64,000 nucleotides of DNA from Candidatus Marinacidobacterales bacterium (lineage in GTDB: Bacteria; Acidobacteriota; Vicinamibacteria; Marinacidobacterales; SMYC01), in NCBI GenBank assembly GCA_965237955.1, contig OZ250169.1, positions 6,688,001 through 6,752,000 on the forward strand, given 5' to 3'. Below the pieces are notes generated by a model, which searched no databases, was not told the origin of the DNA, and was given only the letters and a program-made list of their open reading frames with translations. Of this stretch, positions 21,929 through 31,888 are shown piece after piece (position 1 is the stretch's first letter; every line of letters starts with the position of its first letter). Both the position numbers and the translations under genes were made by a program.

Positions 21929-23323
21929 ATGGCGGACACGACCACGACTGGTTTCGCAAGAAAATCGCTTCTGGACTACGCGGAGTCGCAACGCGCGAGC
22001 TTCGAGAAGACGCTCTCGGAGCTCGTCGAGATCCCAAGCGTGTCCGCCGATCCGCAGCATAAAACCGACGTGTCCGAAGTCGTGTCGCGCGCGGCCGACC
22101 TGATGCGACGCATGGGCGGCGAGGCGCGCGTGCTCGACACCGGCGGGCATCCGATGCTCCATGGCCGCTTCGAGCAAAGCTCGGACTATCCAACGGTCAC
22201 GGTTTATAACCACCTCGACGTACAACCGGCCGAGATCGCTGACGGGTGGCACACCGAACCGTTTCGCTTCATCGCGACCGACGATCGTTATTGGGGCCGC
22301 GGTACGACCGACGACAAAGGCCCGGCGCTCACAGCTCTTTGGGGCTCGAAGTACGCCCTTGCACACGGGGCGCGTGTCAACATCCACTTCTTGTGGGAAG
22401 CGGAAGAGGAGATCGGGAGTCCCAATTTCGAATCCACCATCAAGAAGGAAAAGGATCGCCTCGACACGGATTCCGTCGTCGTCTCCGACACGGTTTGGGT
22501 CTCTCGAGCGCGTCCCGCGTGTCCGGCGGGACTGCGCGGCCTTCAGGGCTTCCGGTTCATGCTCGAGACGGGCGAGACCGATCAGCATTCGGGCACATCG
22601 GGTGGAGCCGCGCGCAATCCGGTCGCCGAGCTCTGCCAGCTCATCGCCGATTGCTTCGACGCGAAGACTGGTGACGTTAAAATCCCAGGCTTCTACGACG
22701 ACGTCGTCGAGCCCACGAAAGCCGAAATCCGCGACTTGAAGAAATCCGGATTCAGCACGCAGACGTTCAAGAAGGATCATCAGTTCAAGTCGCTTCGCGT
22801 TACCGATCCGGTCGAAGTCATGAAACGGATTTGGTGCATGCCGACGTTCGAAGTGCACGGAATCGCCGGAGGCTACCAAGGTCCCGGAGTCAAGACCGTC
22901 GTTCCACCTCGGGCCACGGCAATCGTTTCCTGCCGCTTGGTGCCGGACATGGACGGGCGCAAGATCGTCAAGATCGTGAAGCAGTTCGTGAAAGAGAAAA
23001 ACCCCGACGTCAAAGTCGAGGCGGAGCACGGGCTGCCCGCCTACCAGGGGCACACCGAAGGCCCGCATCCGGATGCCATTCGCGCGTCGATGAAATTCGC
23101 GTTCGGAAAGGATCCGGTGTTCGTCCGCGAAGGCGGCTCCATCGGCGCGGTGGTGTCGATGGAGAAAGTGCTCAAGGCACCGGTTTTCTTTCTCGGACTC
23201 TCTCTCCCAGAGCACGGCTATCACGCGCCGAACGAGAACTATGATTGGCAGCAGGCAGAGGGCGGCATGATTGCTTTTGCGGACTACTTCCGCCGCGTCG
23301 GAGAGATGGAACCGGCGACGTAG
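21929..23323 (+). CDS. M20/M25/M40 metallo-dipeptidase
   Basis: HLDVQP, GRGTTDDKG, EEEIGS, GGSI and HAPNE motifs. Confidence 0.93.
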   Translation: MADTTTTGFARKSLLDYAESQRASFEKTLSELVEIPSVSADPQHKTDVSEVVSRAADLMRRMGGEARVLDTGGHPMLHGRFEQSSDYPTVTVYNHLDVQPAEIADGWHTEPFRFIATDDRYWGRGTTDDKGPALTALWGSKYALAHGARVNIHFLWEAEEEIGSPNFESTIKKEKDRLDTDSVVVSDTVWVSRARPACPAGLRGLQGFRFMLETGETDQHSGTSGGAARNPVAELCQLIADCFDAKTGDVKIPGFYDDVVEPTKAEIRDLKKSGFSTQTFKKDHQFKSLRVTDPVEVMKRIWCMPTFEVHGIAGGYQGPGVKTVVPPRATAIVSCRLVPDMDGRKIVKIVKQFVKEKNPDVKVEAEHGLPAYQGHTEGPHPDAIRASMKFAFGKDPVFVREGGSIGAVVSMEKVLKAPVFFLGLSLPEHGYHAPNENYDWQQAEGGMIAFADYFRRVGEMEPAT

Positions 23324-23432
23324 GGCTGAACCCGGGCGCGCCACCGCAGCAGCGCGCAGCGCGCGCCGCGCACGAGTCGCGAGCACACCTCGTCCCGATC
23401 GATGTCTCGCGCACATGACAAGAAGGAGAGAT

Positions 23433-25355
23433 ATGCGACGATCCGCACGACGATGGCTAGGAGTAGCGATTCTGCTAGCGAGCACGACCGACGGGTTCGC
23501 CCAACAGGGTGTTCTCGATGGTCAATGGCGACATTCGAACGGCGACGCCGGAGCCACGCGATACTCCGACCTCGATCAGATCAACCGGGACAACGTCGAG
23601 AGCCTTCGCATCACCTGGCGGTGGGACAGCGGGAACTATGGACCCACTCCCGAGTTCAAGAACGAAACGACGCCTCTGATGGTGGACGGCGTCCTCTATT
23701 TCACTGCCGGCTTTCGGCGGGACGTGGTCGCGATCGATGCCGGCACCGCCCAAACACTATGGATGTATCGGTTCGATGAGGGAGAGCGAGGCGTCGCCGC
23801 ACCCCGAAAAAACTCCGGTCGCGGCGTGTCGTACTGGACGGACGGTCGCCGCGATGAGCGGGTCTTCGTCATCACCCTGGGGTTTCATCTCGTAGCGCTC
23901 GACGCCAAAACCGGCAGACCGATTCCCGATTTCGGAAACGACGGCGTCGTAGATTTGAAGCTGGGCTTTGACCAGACGGTGGAGCTCGATGCTAAGAACC
24001 TCGGGTCGAGCTCGCCTTCGAGGATTTGATCATCATCGGCCCAGCCATGGCCGGCTCCGCCAGGCCCAGGTCGAAAATTGGCGTCCCCGCCCACGTGACC
24101 GCCTGGGATACGAGGACCGGTGAGCGTCGTTGGATCTTCCATACCGTTCCCAAGACCGGCGAGCTCGGCTATGACACCTGGGAGAACGATTCGGCGAAGA
24201 TTGGCGGCAACGCCGGGGCGTGGGCGCCACTCGCACTCGATGAAGAGCTCGGCTACGTGTATCTTCCCGTCGAAGTCGCGACCAGCGACTACTACGGTGG
24301 CCATCGGCTCGGCGACAACCTGTTCTCGTCCGCCTTGGTCTGCGTGAACGCGCGAACGGGTGTGGCACTACCAGATCGTGCACCACGACATCTACGAGTA
24401 CGACAACCCCTCGGCGCCGATCCTCATGGATGTCACCGTGGATGGAAGTCGTATCCCAGCGGTGGTGCAGCTCACCAAGCAGGCATTCGCATTCGCATTC
24501 AACCGCATCACCGGAGAGCCGCTTTGGCCCATCCACGAACGCCCCGTTCCTCGGTCGGACGTGCCCGGCGAGCGCGCGTCGCCGACGCAACCGTTTCCGA
24601 GCAAACCGACCGGCTTCGATCAGCAGGGCGCAGGCGTTGACGATCTCATCGACTTGACGCCCGAGATCCGAGCCGAAGCGCTCGAGATCGCTCGCCAGTA
24701 TCGCCTCGGCCCCCTGTACACCCCGCCGTCGCTCGCGGACGACGATGATGGCACCAGGGGCACGATTCAGGTTCCAGGGACCGGCGGTGGCGCACTTTGG
24801 GAAGGCGGCGCGATCGATGTCGCGAACGGGATCCTATATGTGGGCACGACCACGGGCGCAACTTTGTTGGCGCTCACGCACGACGCCGACTATTCGGACG
24901 TCGCTTACGTCTCTGCCGGGCTGAGCGTCTCCGGACCTCAAGGCCTGCCGCTTTTCAAGCCACCGTTCGGTCGCATCACCGCCATCGACATGAACACCGG
25001 CGAGCACGTGTGGATGAAACCGAACGGAGGGACGCCACCCGCCATTCTCAACCACCCCGCGCTCGCGACCGTCGACTTCGAGCTCGCACCGACGGGCTCT
25101 CGGGCGCGCGCCGTGCTGCTCGTCACCAAGACCTTGCTCCTTGCCGGCGAAGGCTGGTACGGTCAACCCTACTTTCGCGCCTACGACAAGCGCACCGGCG
25201 AGATTGTTGCGGAGCTCGAGATCCCGGCTCAGGCCACGGGTCTACCGATGACGTACATGCACGACGCTAAGCAGTACATCGTGTTTGCCGCCGGCGACGG
25301 CAAGACCGAGCACGCCGCGGAGCTCATCGCGTTGACACTCCCCGATTCTCAGTAA
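23433..25355 (+). pseudogene. PQQ-dependent (quinoprotein glucose dehydrogenase-like) dehydrogenase split by two frameshifts (about 24020 and 24360)
   Basis: RYSDLDQIN, ETTPLMVDG, RGVSYW, WHYQIVHHDIYEYD and KPPFGRITAID spread over three frames; GAAGGAG RBS. Confidence 0.85.
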
Positions 25356-26054
25356 GGCTCGAGCACGGGTGAGTTTTCGTCGAGAACGTGCGTGCTCGCA
25401 CTAGCGCCGGTGTGAGCGCGCACCAGCTCCTGAAGCTCCGCCATTGCCTCTTGGAGCTCGCTCCGCGTCACTGGCGGGAGCGCTTCGAGCACGAGCACCG
25501 CGCGTTTGGTGTCCTCGGTGAGCTTGGTGCGGTCCGCTTCTTTTCCAGTTCCATCGGCGGCAAATCGCGCCTCGGGCGTCCGTGTAGATGACTTCCCCGA
25601 CCTTCGGCGCGCGCTCTTCTTTCTCGCGCAACAGCTGAATCGCAGGCTCGTTCTCGCCCGCGCGCGTCAGTCGAATATCGCCTTCGACGCGATCGAGGTC
25701 TTCACCGCCAACGGGAAGCAGATGTTTCAGCGAGACGATGTTCCCCAGGTCGACGAGCGGATTGATCGCTCGCAGCGACTCCCCTCTGAGCGTCCGGCGG
25801 ACGAGGTTCTCGATCGACGACGGGTACTTCTTCGGTTTCGCGCCGAAAGCGCGATACGCCTCCCGCCAACAGCGGATGCGAGGATGCTCGGTGACGTTCA
25901 CACCATCGAGCGTTGAGCGCACCTGTTCTCGAGCGCGCTGAAGCTCAGCCGCGAAGCGCTCTCCGGATCGATTGTCGACGTTTTCGAGAGCGAGAACACC
26001 GATTCGAACCTCAGGAAATGCGTTCAGAACATCTTGTTCGATAACAAACTTCAT
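25349..26054 (-). CDS. B3/B4 domain protein (PheT editing-like), frameshift near 25543
   Basis: WREAYRAFG..PKKYPSSIENL, INPLVD, GGEDLD and CRRWNW; the shifted frame continues EADRTKLTEDT to TGA at 25349. Confidence 0.82.
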
Positions 26055-26062
26055 TTTTTTTC

Positions 26063-26149
26063 AACGCAAAGGCGCAAGGACGCCAAGACGCAAAGTGAGT
26101 GAGCTCGGATACTTTACTTTGCGCCTTTGCGTCTCCGCGCCTTTGCGTT
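26063..26149. repeat. Octamer-based palindromic intergenic repeat (CGCAAAGG/CCTTTGCG)
   Basis: aacgcaaaggcgcaaggacgccaagacgcaaag ... ctttgcgcctttgcgtctccgcgcctttgcgtt. Confidence 0.85.
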
Positions 26150-26158
26150 TCGCTTTTT

Positions 26159-26950
26159 TTAGGGCGCGGCGAGGGTGCTTCCGAGAATGTGATAGCCGCC
26201 GTCGACGTAAATCACTTCCCCGGTAACACCGCGCGCGAGGTGCGACACGAGAAATGCCGCCGTGTCTCCAACCTCCCCTTTCTCGGTGTTTCTTCGAAGC
26301 GGTGCATGGGTTCGATGGTGCTCGAGCATGCGCGAGATGCCGTGAACACCCGACGACGCGAGGGTTTTGATCGGACCGGCGGAAATTGCATTGACCCGGA
26401 TCGCTTTCGGCCCCAAATCGGCCGCGAGATAGCGCACCGACATCTCGAGTGCCGCCTTGGCCACACCCATCACGTTGTAGTTCGGTACGACACGCTCACC
26501 TCCGAGATACGTCAAGGTTACGATACTCCCGCCGCCGTCTTCTGCCGAAGGCATGAGCGGCACGACGCGACGACTGAGCGCGGTCAGCGAGTACGACGAA
26601 ATGTCCTGCGCGACGCGATATCCTTCGCGTGACGTATTCACGAACTCGCCATCGAGCTCTTCTCGCATCGCAAACGCCACCGCATGGACCATGAAGTCGA
26701 CTCCGCCGAGCTGGTCCTTGACGGCCGCGGCGACCCCGTCCATGTCGTCGTCGCTGGTCACGTCGCAGGGGACGATGACGGGATCGACGAGCTCGTCGGC
26801 CAGCTTTCTGACGTTCCTCTCGAGACGCTCTCCCTGATACGTCACCGCGAGACGAGCGCCTTCGCGGGCAACCGAGAGGGCAATGCCCCACGCGAGAGAG
26901 CGTTTGTTGGCGATCCCGACGATGAGACCACGCTTTCCTTCCAACAGCAT
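26159..26950 (-). CDS. fabI: Enoyl-ACP reductase
   Basis: GIANKRSLAWGIA, YNVMGVAK and ISAGPIKTLA. Confidence 0.96.
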   Translation of the reverse strand: MLLEGKRGLIVGIANKRSLAWGIALSVAREGARLAVTYQGERLERNVRKLADELVDPVIVPCDVTSDDDMDGVAAAVKDQLGGVDFMVHAVAFAMREELDGEFVNTSREGYRVAQDISSYSLTALSRRVVPLMPSAEDGGGSIVTLTYLGGERVVPNYNVMGVAKAALEMSVRYLAADLGPKAIRVNAISAGPIKTLASSGVHGISRMLEHHRTHAPLRRNTEKGEVGDTAAFLVSHLARGVTGEVIYVDGGYHILGSTLAAP

Positions 26951-26969
26951 CCAAACCTCCGACGGCGGA

Positions 26970-28313
26970 CTATATCACCGGCCGACGCTGCCACCACGGC
27001 TGAGATTGTTCGTAGGCGTATGCGACCTGCAGCAAGCGGGCCTCGTGGCCGGGTGCCGCGGCGAGCTGCAGTCCGATCGGACGACCGTCCTCGGTGAAGC
27101 CGCACGGAAGAGACATTGCCGGAAAACCCGTCGTATTGAACGGGCCCGCCAGACGCAGCAGGCCGGTGCGAAGCTCCTCGCCGTTGTCGAGCACCTCGTC
27201 CTCGATACGGGGCGCCGCTGCCGCCGTCGCCGGTGCGGCGAGCACATCGATGTCGCGGAAAGCCTTTGTGAACGCGCGCACGACCCGTCGGCGGGCACGA
27301 AGCGCGGCGAGATAGTCGGTCGCCGAGATCGTCAACCCGAGGCGCAAAAGCTCCCGCGGACCCTCCCCATAATCTTCCGGTCGACGTCGGATGTTCTTCT
27401 CGTGAAACGAAGCGGCTTCGGCAAACGTAATGATGTTCCTGCACTCGGCCTGAAGCTCGATCTCGGGAACATCCATGGGTACCAGCTCCATCCCGAGCGA
27501 TTCGAGCTCGACGATCGCGGCGCGCACCGAAGCTTCTACTTCGGGATCGATGTTGTCGAAGAAGTAGCTCTCGTGCACACCGAGCTTGAGACCCTTGGGC
27601 TGCTCGTTCAAGCCGGAGGCGGAGTCTTCGCCGGTAAGGACGTCGTATAGCACTGCTTGGTCCTCGACCGTACGTGCCATCGGACCCACATGATCGAGAC
27701 TCCACGACAGGGGTGTGACCCCTTGCCGGCTCACTTTTCGGTAGGTGGGCTTCAGCCCGACGGTGCCGCATAACGCCGACGGGATACGGATCGAGCCCCC
27801 GGTGTCGGTCCCGATCGAGCCGAGCCCGATGCCCGCGGCGAGCGCCGCCGCCGAACCACCACTCGAGCCTCCGGTCATCCGCTCGGTATCCCACGGATTC
27901 CTTGCGGGACCGTAATGCGGGTTGCCGTTCGAGACCCCGTACGCAAACTCGTGGAGATTGGTCTTTCCCAGCAGGACGGCGCCCGCGTTGCGCAGGGAGG
28001 CGAGACACGGCGCGTCCTCCTTCGGCACGAAATCAGCGAAGATTTTTGAGCCCGAAGTGGTGCGGACGCCGGCCGAATGGACGATGTCCTTCGCGGTTAC
28101 CGGTATGCCGTGAAGCGCGCCCAGAGAATCACCACGGGCCGCCGCTTCATCCGCTCGCCGAGCCGCGGCGAGAGCCTTATCGACACAGACGGTAATAAAG
28201 ATGCCCAGCGATGCAAGGGCCTCCGCCTTGTCGAGCGCGGCTCGTACGAGCTCCTCGGAGCTCACTTCCCGCCGCCCTAAAGCATCCCGGACGCTGCGGA
28301 GCGTCTCGCTCAA
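26970..28313 (-). CDS. Amidase-signature enzyme (GatA/AtzE-like)
   Basis: KD, GKTNLHEFA, GGSSGGS and GTDTGGSIRIP; GGAGGAG RBS. Confidence 0.93.
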   Translation of the reverse strand: MSETLRSVRDALGRREVSSEELVRAALDKAEALASLGIFITVCVDKALAAARRADEAAARGDSLGALHGIPVTAKDIVHSAGVRTTSGSKIFADFVPKEDAPCLASLRNAGAVLLGKTNLHEFAYGVSNGNPHYGPARNPWDTERMTGGSSGGSAAALAAGIGLGSIGTDTGGSIRIPSALCGTVGLKPTYRKVSRQGVTPLSWSLDHVGPMARTVEDQAVLYDVLTGEDSASGLNEQPKGLKLGVHESYFFDNIDPEVEASVRAAIVELESLGMELVPMDVPEIELQAECRNIITFAEAASFHEKNIRRRPEDYGEGPRELLRLGLTISATDYLAALRARRRVVRAFTKAFRDIDVLAAPATAAAAPRIEDEVLDNGEELRTGLLRLAGPFNTTGFPAMSLPCGFTEDGRPIGLQLAAAPGHEARLLQVAYAYEQSQPWWQRRPVI

Positions 28314-28465
28314 GATTCCTCCTCCAGATCCATGATGTTGGATAGAGGTTCCTCACCCTCGGCAGCCTCTCGCAGCCGGGGGAGGACGGATCGGAGCCTC
28401 TCTCGACGTTCGTCCAGGCGTTCACGCTCGGCCGGATCGAGCTCGAAATTATATTCATATTGCAT
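28310..28465 (-). CDS. Small 51-aa protein, candidate amidase partner (GatC/AtzG-like position)
   Basis: MQYEYNFELDPAERERLDERRERLRSVLPRLREAAEGEEPLSNIMDLEEES; its TGA overlaps the amidase TTG start. Confidence 0.55.
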   Translation of the reverse strand: MQYEYNFELDPAERERLDERRERLRSVLPRLREAAEGEEPLSNIMDLEEES

Positions 28466-28783
28466 TATTTGACCGTCTCTATGTCAACATATCGCGCTGG
28501 TAATTGTCCCTAAATTTCTGATATAGTACAGTTATCATGGAAGGTAAGTTCGCTCCGCCAGCTCGCCCCCGTTGACCCGTGGCTCAACTGCCCAGTCCAA
28601 AGCGAGGTGCCAAGTTCCACGTGTTCCACCGGCACGATCTAGCGCTCCACAAGGGACGCGCGACACTGGTGCCGCGGCTGCCGACCGTCTAAGCGACAAA
28701 CGCGCTCGTTGATCGAAGGAGTTCCATGGGGTCGAGCTACGAGAACGCATGGTGCGAGCGCTATGCATGAGCAGGAGGTGTCA

Positions 28784-30157
28784 GTGGCATTACTTCAGAG
28801 CTATTCTGCGGTTTCTGATGGCGAGACCGCGCCCGCCAAGTTCAAGGTCTTTACCCGCAAAGACATCGACGACATCCGCGAGCTCCAATCGCTTTCCGAG
28901 GAAGAGCGCCTCAGTATGAAGGCAGTCTCCGCAGTCCTGCCGTTCCGCGTGAACAACTACGTCATCGGAGAGCTCATCGACTGGAACAATATACCGGCGG
29001 ACCCTATTTTTCAGCTCACCTTCCCACAGCCCGGCATGCTGGAGAGGAAGGACTTCGAGCGCATGCTCGAGCTCGTCAAGAAAGACGCTGCCGCTGACGA
29101 TATTCACAAAGCGGCGCGCGAGATTCAGAACAAACTGAACCCGCATCCGGCCGGTCAAATGGAGCTGAATGTTCCGAAGTTGGGCGAAGAGCCACTCGCC
29201 GGTATGCAACACAAGTACCGGGAGACGGTCCTGTTCTTCCCGGCAGCGGGTCAGACCTGTCACGCCTATTGCACGTATTGCTTCCGCTGGGCGCAGTTCG
29301 TCGGTATGGACGAGCTGAAATTCGCCGCGCGGCAAGCCGAAGCCCTCGTCGATTACGTCCGCCAGCATCCCGAAGTCCGCAGCATCTTGTTTACCGGCGG
29401 CGACCCGATGGTGATGAAGGCCAAAGTGTTGAGGCGCTACATCGAGCCCTTGCTCGATCCGTCTCTCGACCACCTCGATAGCATCCGCATCGGCACCAAA
29501 GCACCGGCGTACTGGCCCTACAAGTTCGTCACCGACGACGACGCCGACGACGTGCTGGCACTGTTCGAGCAAGTGGCGGAAGCCGGGCGCAACCTAGCGG
29601 TCATGGCGCACTTCACGCACCCTCGTGAGCTGGAAACACCGATCGCCAAAGAAGCGGTCCGCCGCATGCGTTCCGCCGGTGCGGTCGTGCGCTGCCAGTC
29701 GCCGATCATCTCGCACGTGAACGATGACGCCGACGCGTGGGCGACGATGTGGAAAGAGGAAGTCAAGCTCGGCGCGATCCCCTACTACATGTTCGTCGAG
29801 CGCGACACCGGGGCGAAGCACTACTTCGCCCTCCCGCTCGAAAAAGCGCTGACGATTTTCAACGACGCCTACCGTCAGGTCTCCGGGCTCGCACGCACGG
29901 TGCGCGGCCCCTCGATGTCCGCAACGCCCGGAAAGGTGCTCGTCGACGGCATTAACGAAGTAAACGGTGAGAAAGTCTTCATCCTCAAGTTCCTCCAGGG
30001 TCGCGACCCGTCCTGGGTGGGCAAGACGTTCTTCGCCAAGTACGACCCGCAAGCAAGCTGGCTCGACCACCTCGAGCCCGCGTTCGGCGAGAAGGAGTTT
30101 TTCTTCGAAGAAGGACTCCGCGAGATCAAGAAAACGCACCTGCCGAAACCCGCGTAA
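28784..30157 (+). CDS. KamA-family radical SAM enzyme (lysine 2,3-aminomutase-like)
   Basis: HKYRETVL, CHAYCTYCFR, FTGGDP, RIGTK, HFTHPREL and PYY; AGGAGG before GTG 28784. Confidence 0.9.
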   Translation: MALLQSYSAVSDGETAPAKFKVFTRKDIDDIRELQSLSEEERLSMKAVSAVLPFRVNNYVIGELIDWNNIPADPIFQLTFPQPGMLERKDFERMLELVKKDAAADDIHKAAREIQNKLNPHPAGQMELNVPKLGEEPLAGMQHKYRETVLFFPAAGQTCHAYCTYCFRWAQFVGMDELKFAARQAEALVDYVRQHPEVRSILFTGGDPMVMKAKVLRRYIEPLLDPSLDHLDSIRIGTKAPAYWPYKFVTDDDADDVLALFEQVAEAGRNLAVMAHFTHPRELETPIAKEAVRRMRSAGAVVRCQSPIISHVNDDADAWATMWKEEVKLGAIPYYMFVERDTGAKHYFALPLEKALTIFNDAYRQVSGLARTVRGPSMSATPGKVLVDGINEVNGEKVFILKFLQGRDPSWVGKTFFAKYDPQASWLDHLEPAFGEKEFFFEEGLREIKKTHLPKPA

Positions 30158-30182
30158 AAGCGATTGGCCAATGAGTCGCGCG

Positions 30183-30762
30183 ATTCGGCTGGACGTTCGA
30201 GCGCGTCACCGACGACGACACCTAGACGCTCATTCTCAAAGACGACAAGCCCATGGGCGGCATCGTCTTCCACGATCAACTGAACGACGTTTCCGAGTAA
30301 CGTTGGGTGAGCTACCTCTCGGTGCCTGACGTGGATGACGCCGTCGCCATCGTACGCGCCCAGGGCGGTGAGATCTACGTCGAGCCGCGCAATGTTCCCG
30401 ACCGTGGTCGACTCGCCGTCATCGCCGACCCTCAAGGCGCAGTCCTAGCGCTCCTCACGGCGAAAGAAGGAGACCCGCCTCCCGATCGGGTGCCTGGACC
30501 CAAGCAATGGACGTGGATCGAGCTCTGGACCACCGATACCGACCAAGCGTTCGCGTTCTACGAAAAGCTCGTCGGCTACGAACGTCAGGAGTTTGGAGAG
30601 GTTGAGGGTGAGCCCTACCAGTTGATGCGCCGTGACGGCCGCTTCCGGAGCGGTATGGTACGCATGCCGTTGGTCGGGTGTCGAGCCGAACTGGCTTCCC
30701 TACGTTCTCATCGACGATCCTTCGGGCGCCGCGTTCGCCATCCAGCGTCGACCGGTCCGTGA
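30183..30762 (+). pseudogene. Decayed VOC/glyoxalase-family gene
   Basis: FGWTFE...*...MGGIV...*RWVSYLSVPDVD...GRLAVIADPQGA...WIELWT; in-frame TAG and TAA, missing 5' end and a C-terminal frameshift. Confidence 0.8.
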
Positions 30763-30774
30763 GGCACCCGCCGG

Positions 30775-30965
30775 ATGACAAATCTCTGGAAATTCGCCTT
30801 GCTCGTCATACTCACTGGGCTTTTCGCGCTCATTAGCTTCGGTTGCGCGGGAAGCCACGTCAGCGTCGGCGTCGGCGTTGCCGTTCCCGGCCCGTGTACG
30901 GCTACCCCGGACCCTACGGCGGACCCCCGGTGTGGGTAGGACGACCTTACCCCGGATACTGGTAG
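30775..30965 (+). CDS. Small Gly/Pro/Tyr-rich lipoprotein (one frameshift near 30895)
   Basis: MTNLWKFALLVILTGLFALISFG-C-AGSHVSVGVGVAVPGP; the shifted frame gives YGYPGPYGGPPVWVGRPYPGYW*. Confidence 0.55.
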
Positions 30966-31888
30966 CGCTCAGCCGTTCCGCTGGCCGCTACTTCGCACTC
31001 TGGGTCGTTCTCGGAACGATCCTGGGTTCGATACGTCCCGAGCTCGTCACTTGGGTCGGGCCTCACATCCCATTCCTCCTCGGCGTGATCATGTTCGGGA
31101 TGGGCATGACGCTCTCGGGGTCCGACTTCAAGAACGCCCTTCGGCGACCACGGGAAGTCGCGGCAGGTGTCCTCGCTCAGTTCACGATCATGCCGCTGGT
31201 CGCCTACGGGCTTGCTCTCGGTTTGAAGCTTCCACCCGACCTCGCCGTCGGGGTCGTCCTGGTGGGAGCGTGTCCTGGCGGGACTGCATCCAACGTGGTG
31301 ACCTATCTCGCCCGCGGCGACGTCGCGCTATCGGTATCGATGACGTCGATCGCGACGCTACTCGCGCCCGTGCTGACACCGATGCTGACGCTCGGGCTTG
31401 CGGGTCAATGGATTCCCGTCTCCGCTGGAGCGCTCTTCCTCTCCATCGTCAAGATAGTGGTCCTGCCGGTCGCGGCCGGAGTTCTCGCTCATCGCTTCTT
31501 GTCGAAGATCGTCGCGCAACTGACGCCGCTGCTCCCGCTCGTGTCGGTGAGCGCGATCGTACTCATCGTCGCCTTCGTCGTGAGCGCCAACTTGGATCGC
31601 ATCCTTGCCACCGCCGCGACGGTCTTCGTTGCCGTCGCACTCCACCACCTCTTCGGACTCGGGTTGGGCTTTGCGTTGGCGCGCGCGCTCGGGATGGAGG
31701 AGTCGAAGACCCGCGCCGTCACGATCGAAGTCGGGATGCAAAACTCCGGGCTCGCCGTTTCGCTAGCCGCCTTACACTTCAATCCAGCCGCGGCGATCCC
31801 GGGCGCTCTGTTCAGCGTGTGGCACAACCTCACCGGGCCCGCGCTCGCTACCTACTGGGCGCGCGAGCCGCCCGATCAAACGTACTGA
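30878..31888 (+). CDS. Bile acid:sodium symporter family transporter (PanS/YocS-like); start uncertain
   Basis: IMFGMGMTL, AQFTIMP, CPGGTASNV, EVGMQNSGL and FSVWHN. Confidence 0.92.
   Translation: MPFPARVRLPRTLRRTPGVGRTTLPRILVALSRSAGRYFALWVVLGTILGSIRPELVTWVGPHIPFLLGVIMFGMGMTLSGSDFKNALRRPREVAAGVLAQFTIMPLVAYGLALGLKLPPDLAVGVVLVGACPGGTASNVVTYLARGDVALSVSMTSIATLLAPVLTPMLTLGLAGQWIPVSAGALFLSIVKIVVLPVAAGVLAHRFLSKIVAQLTPLLPLVSVSAIVLIVAFVVSANLDRILATAATVFVAVALHHLFGLGLGFALARALGMEESKTRAVTIEVGMQNSGLAVSLAALHFNPAAAIPGALFSVWHNLTGPALATYWAREPPDQTY

Noticed and set aside
28650-28700. ZTP riboswitch-like fragment GCCGACCGTCT
   Set aside because: The conserved 3' GGG and the 5' stem are missing, and the downstream gene is not a purine or folate gene.
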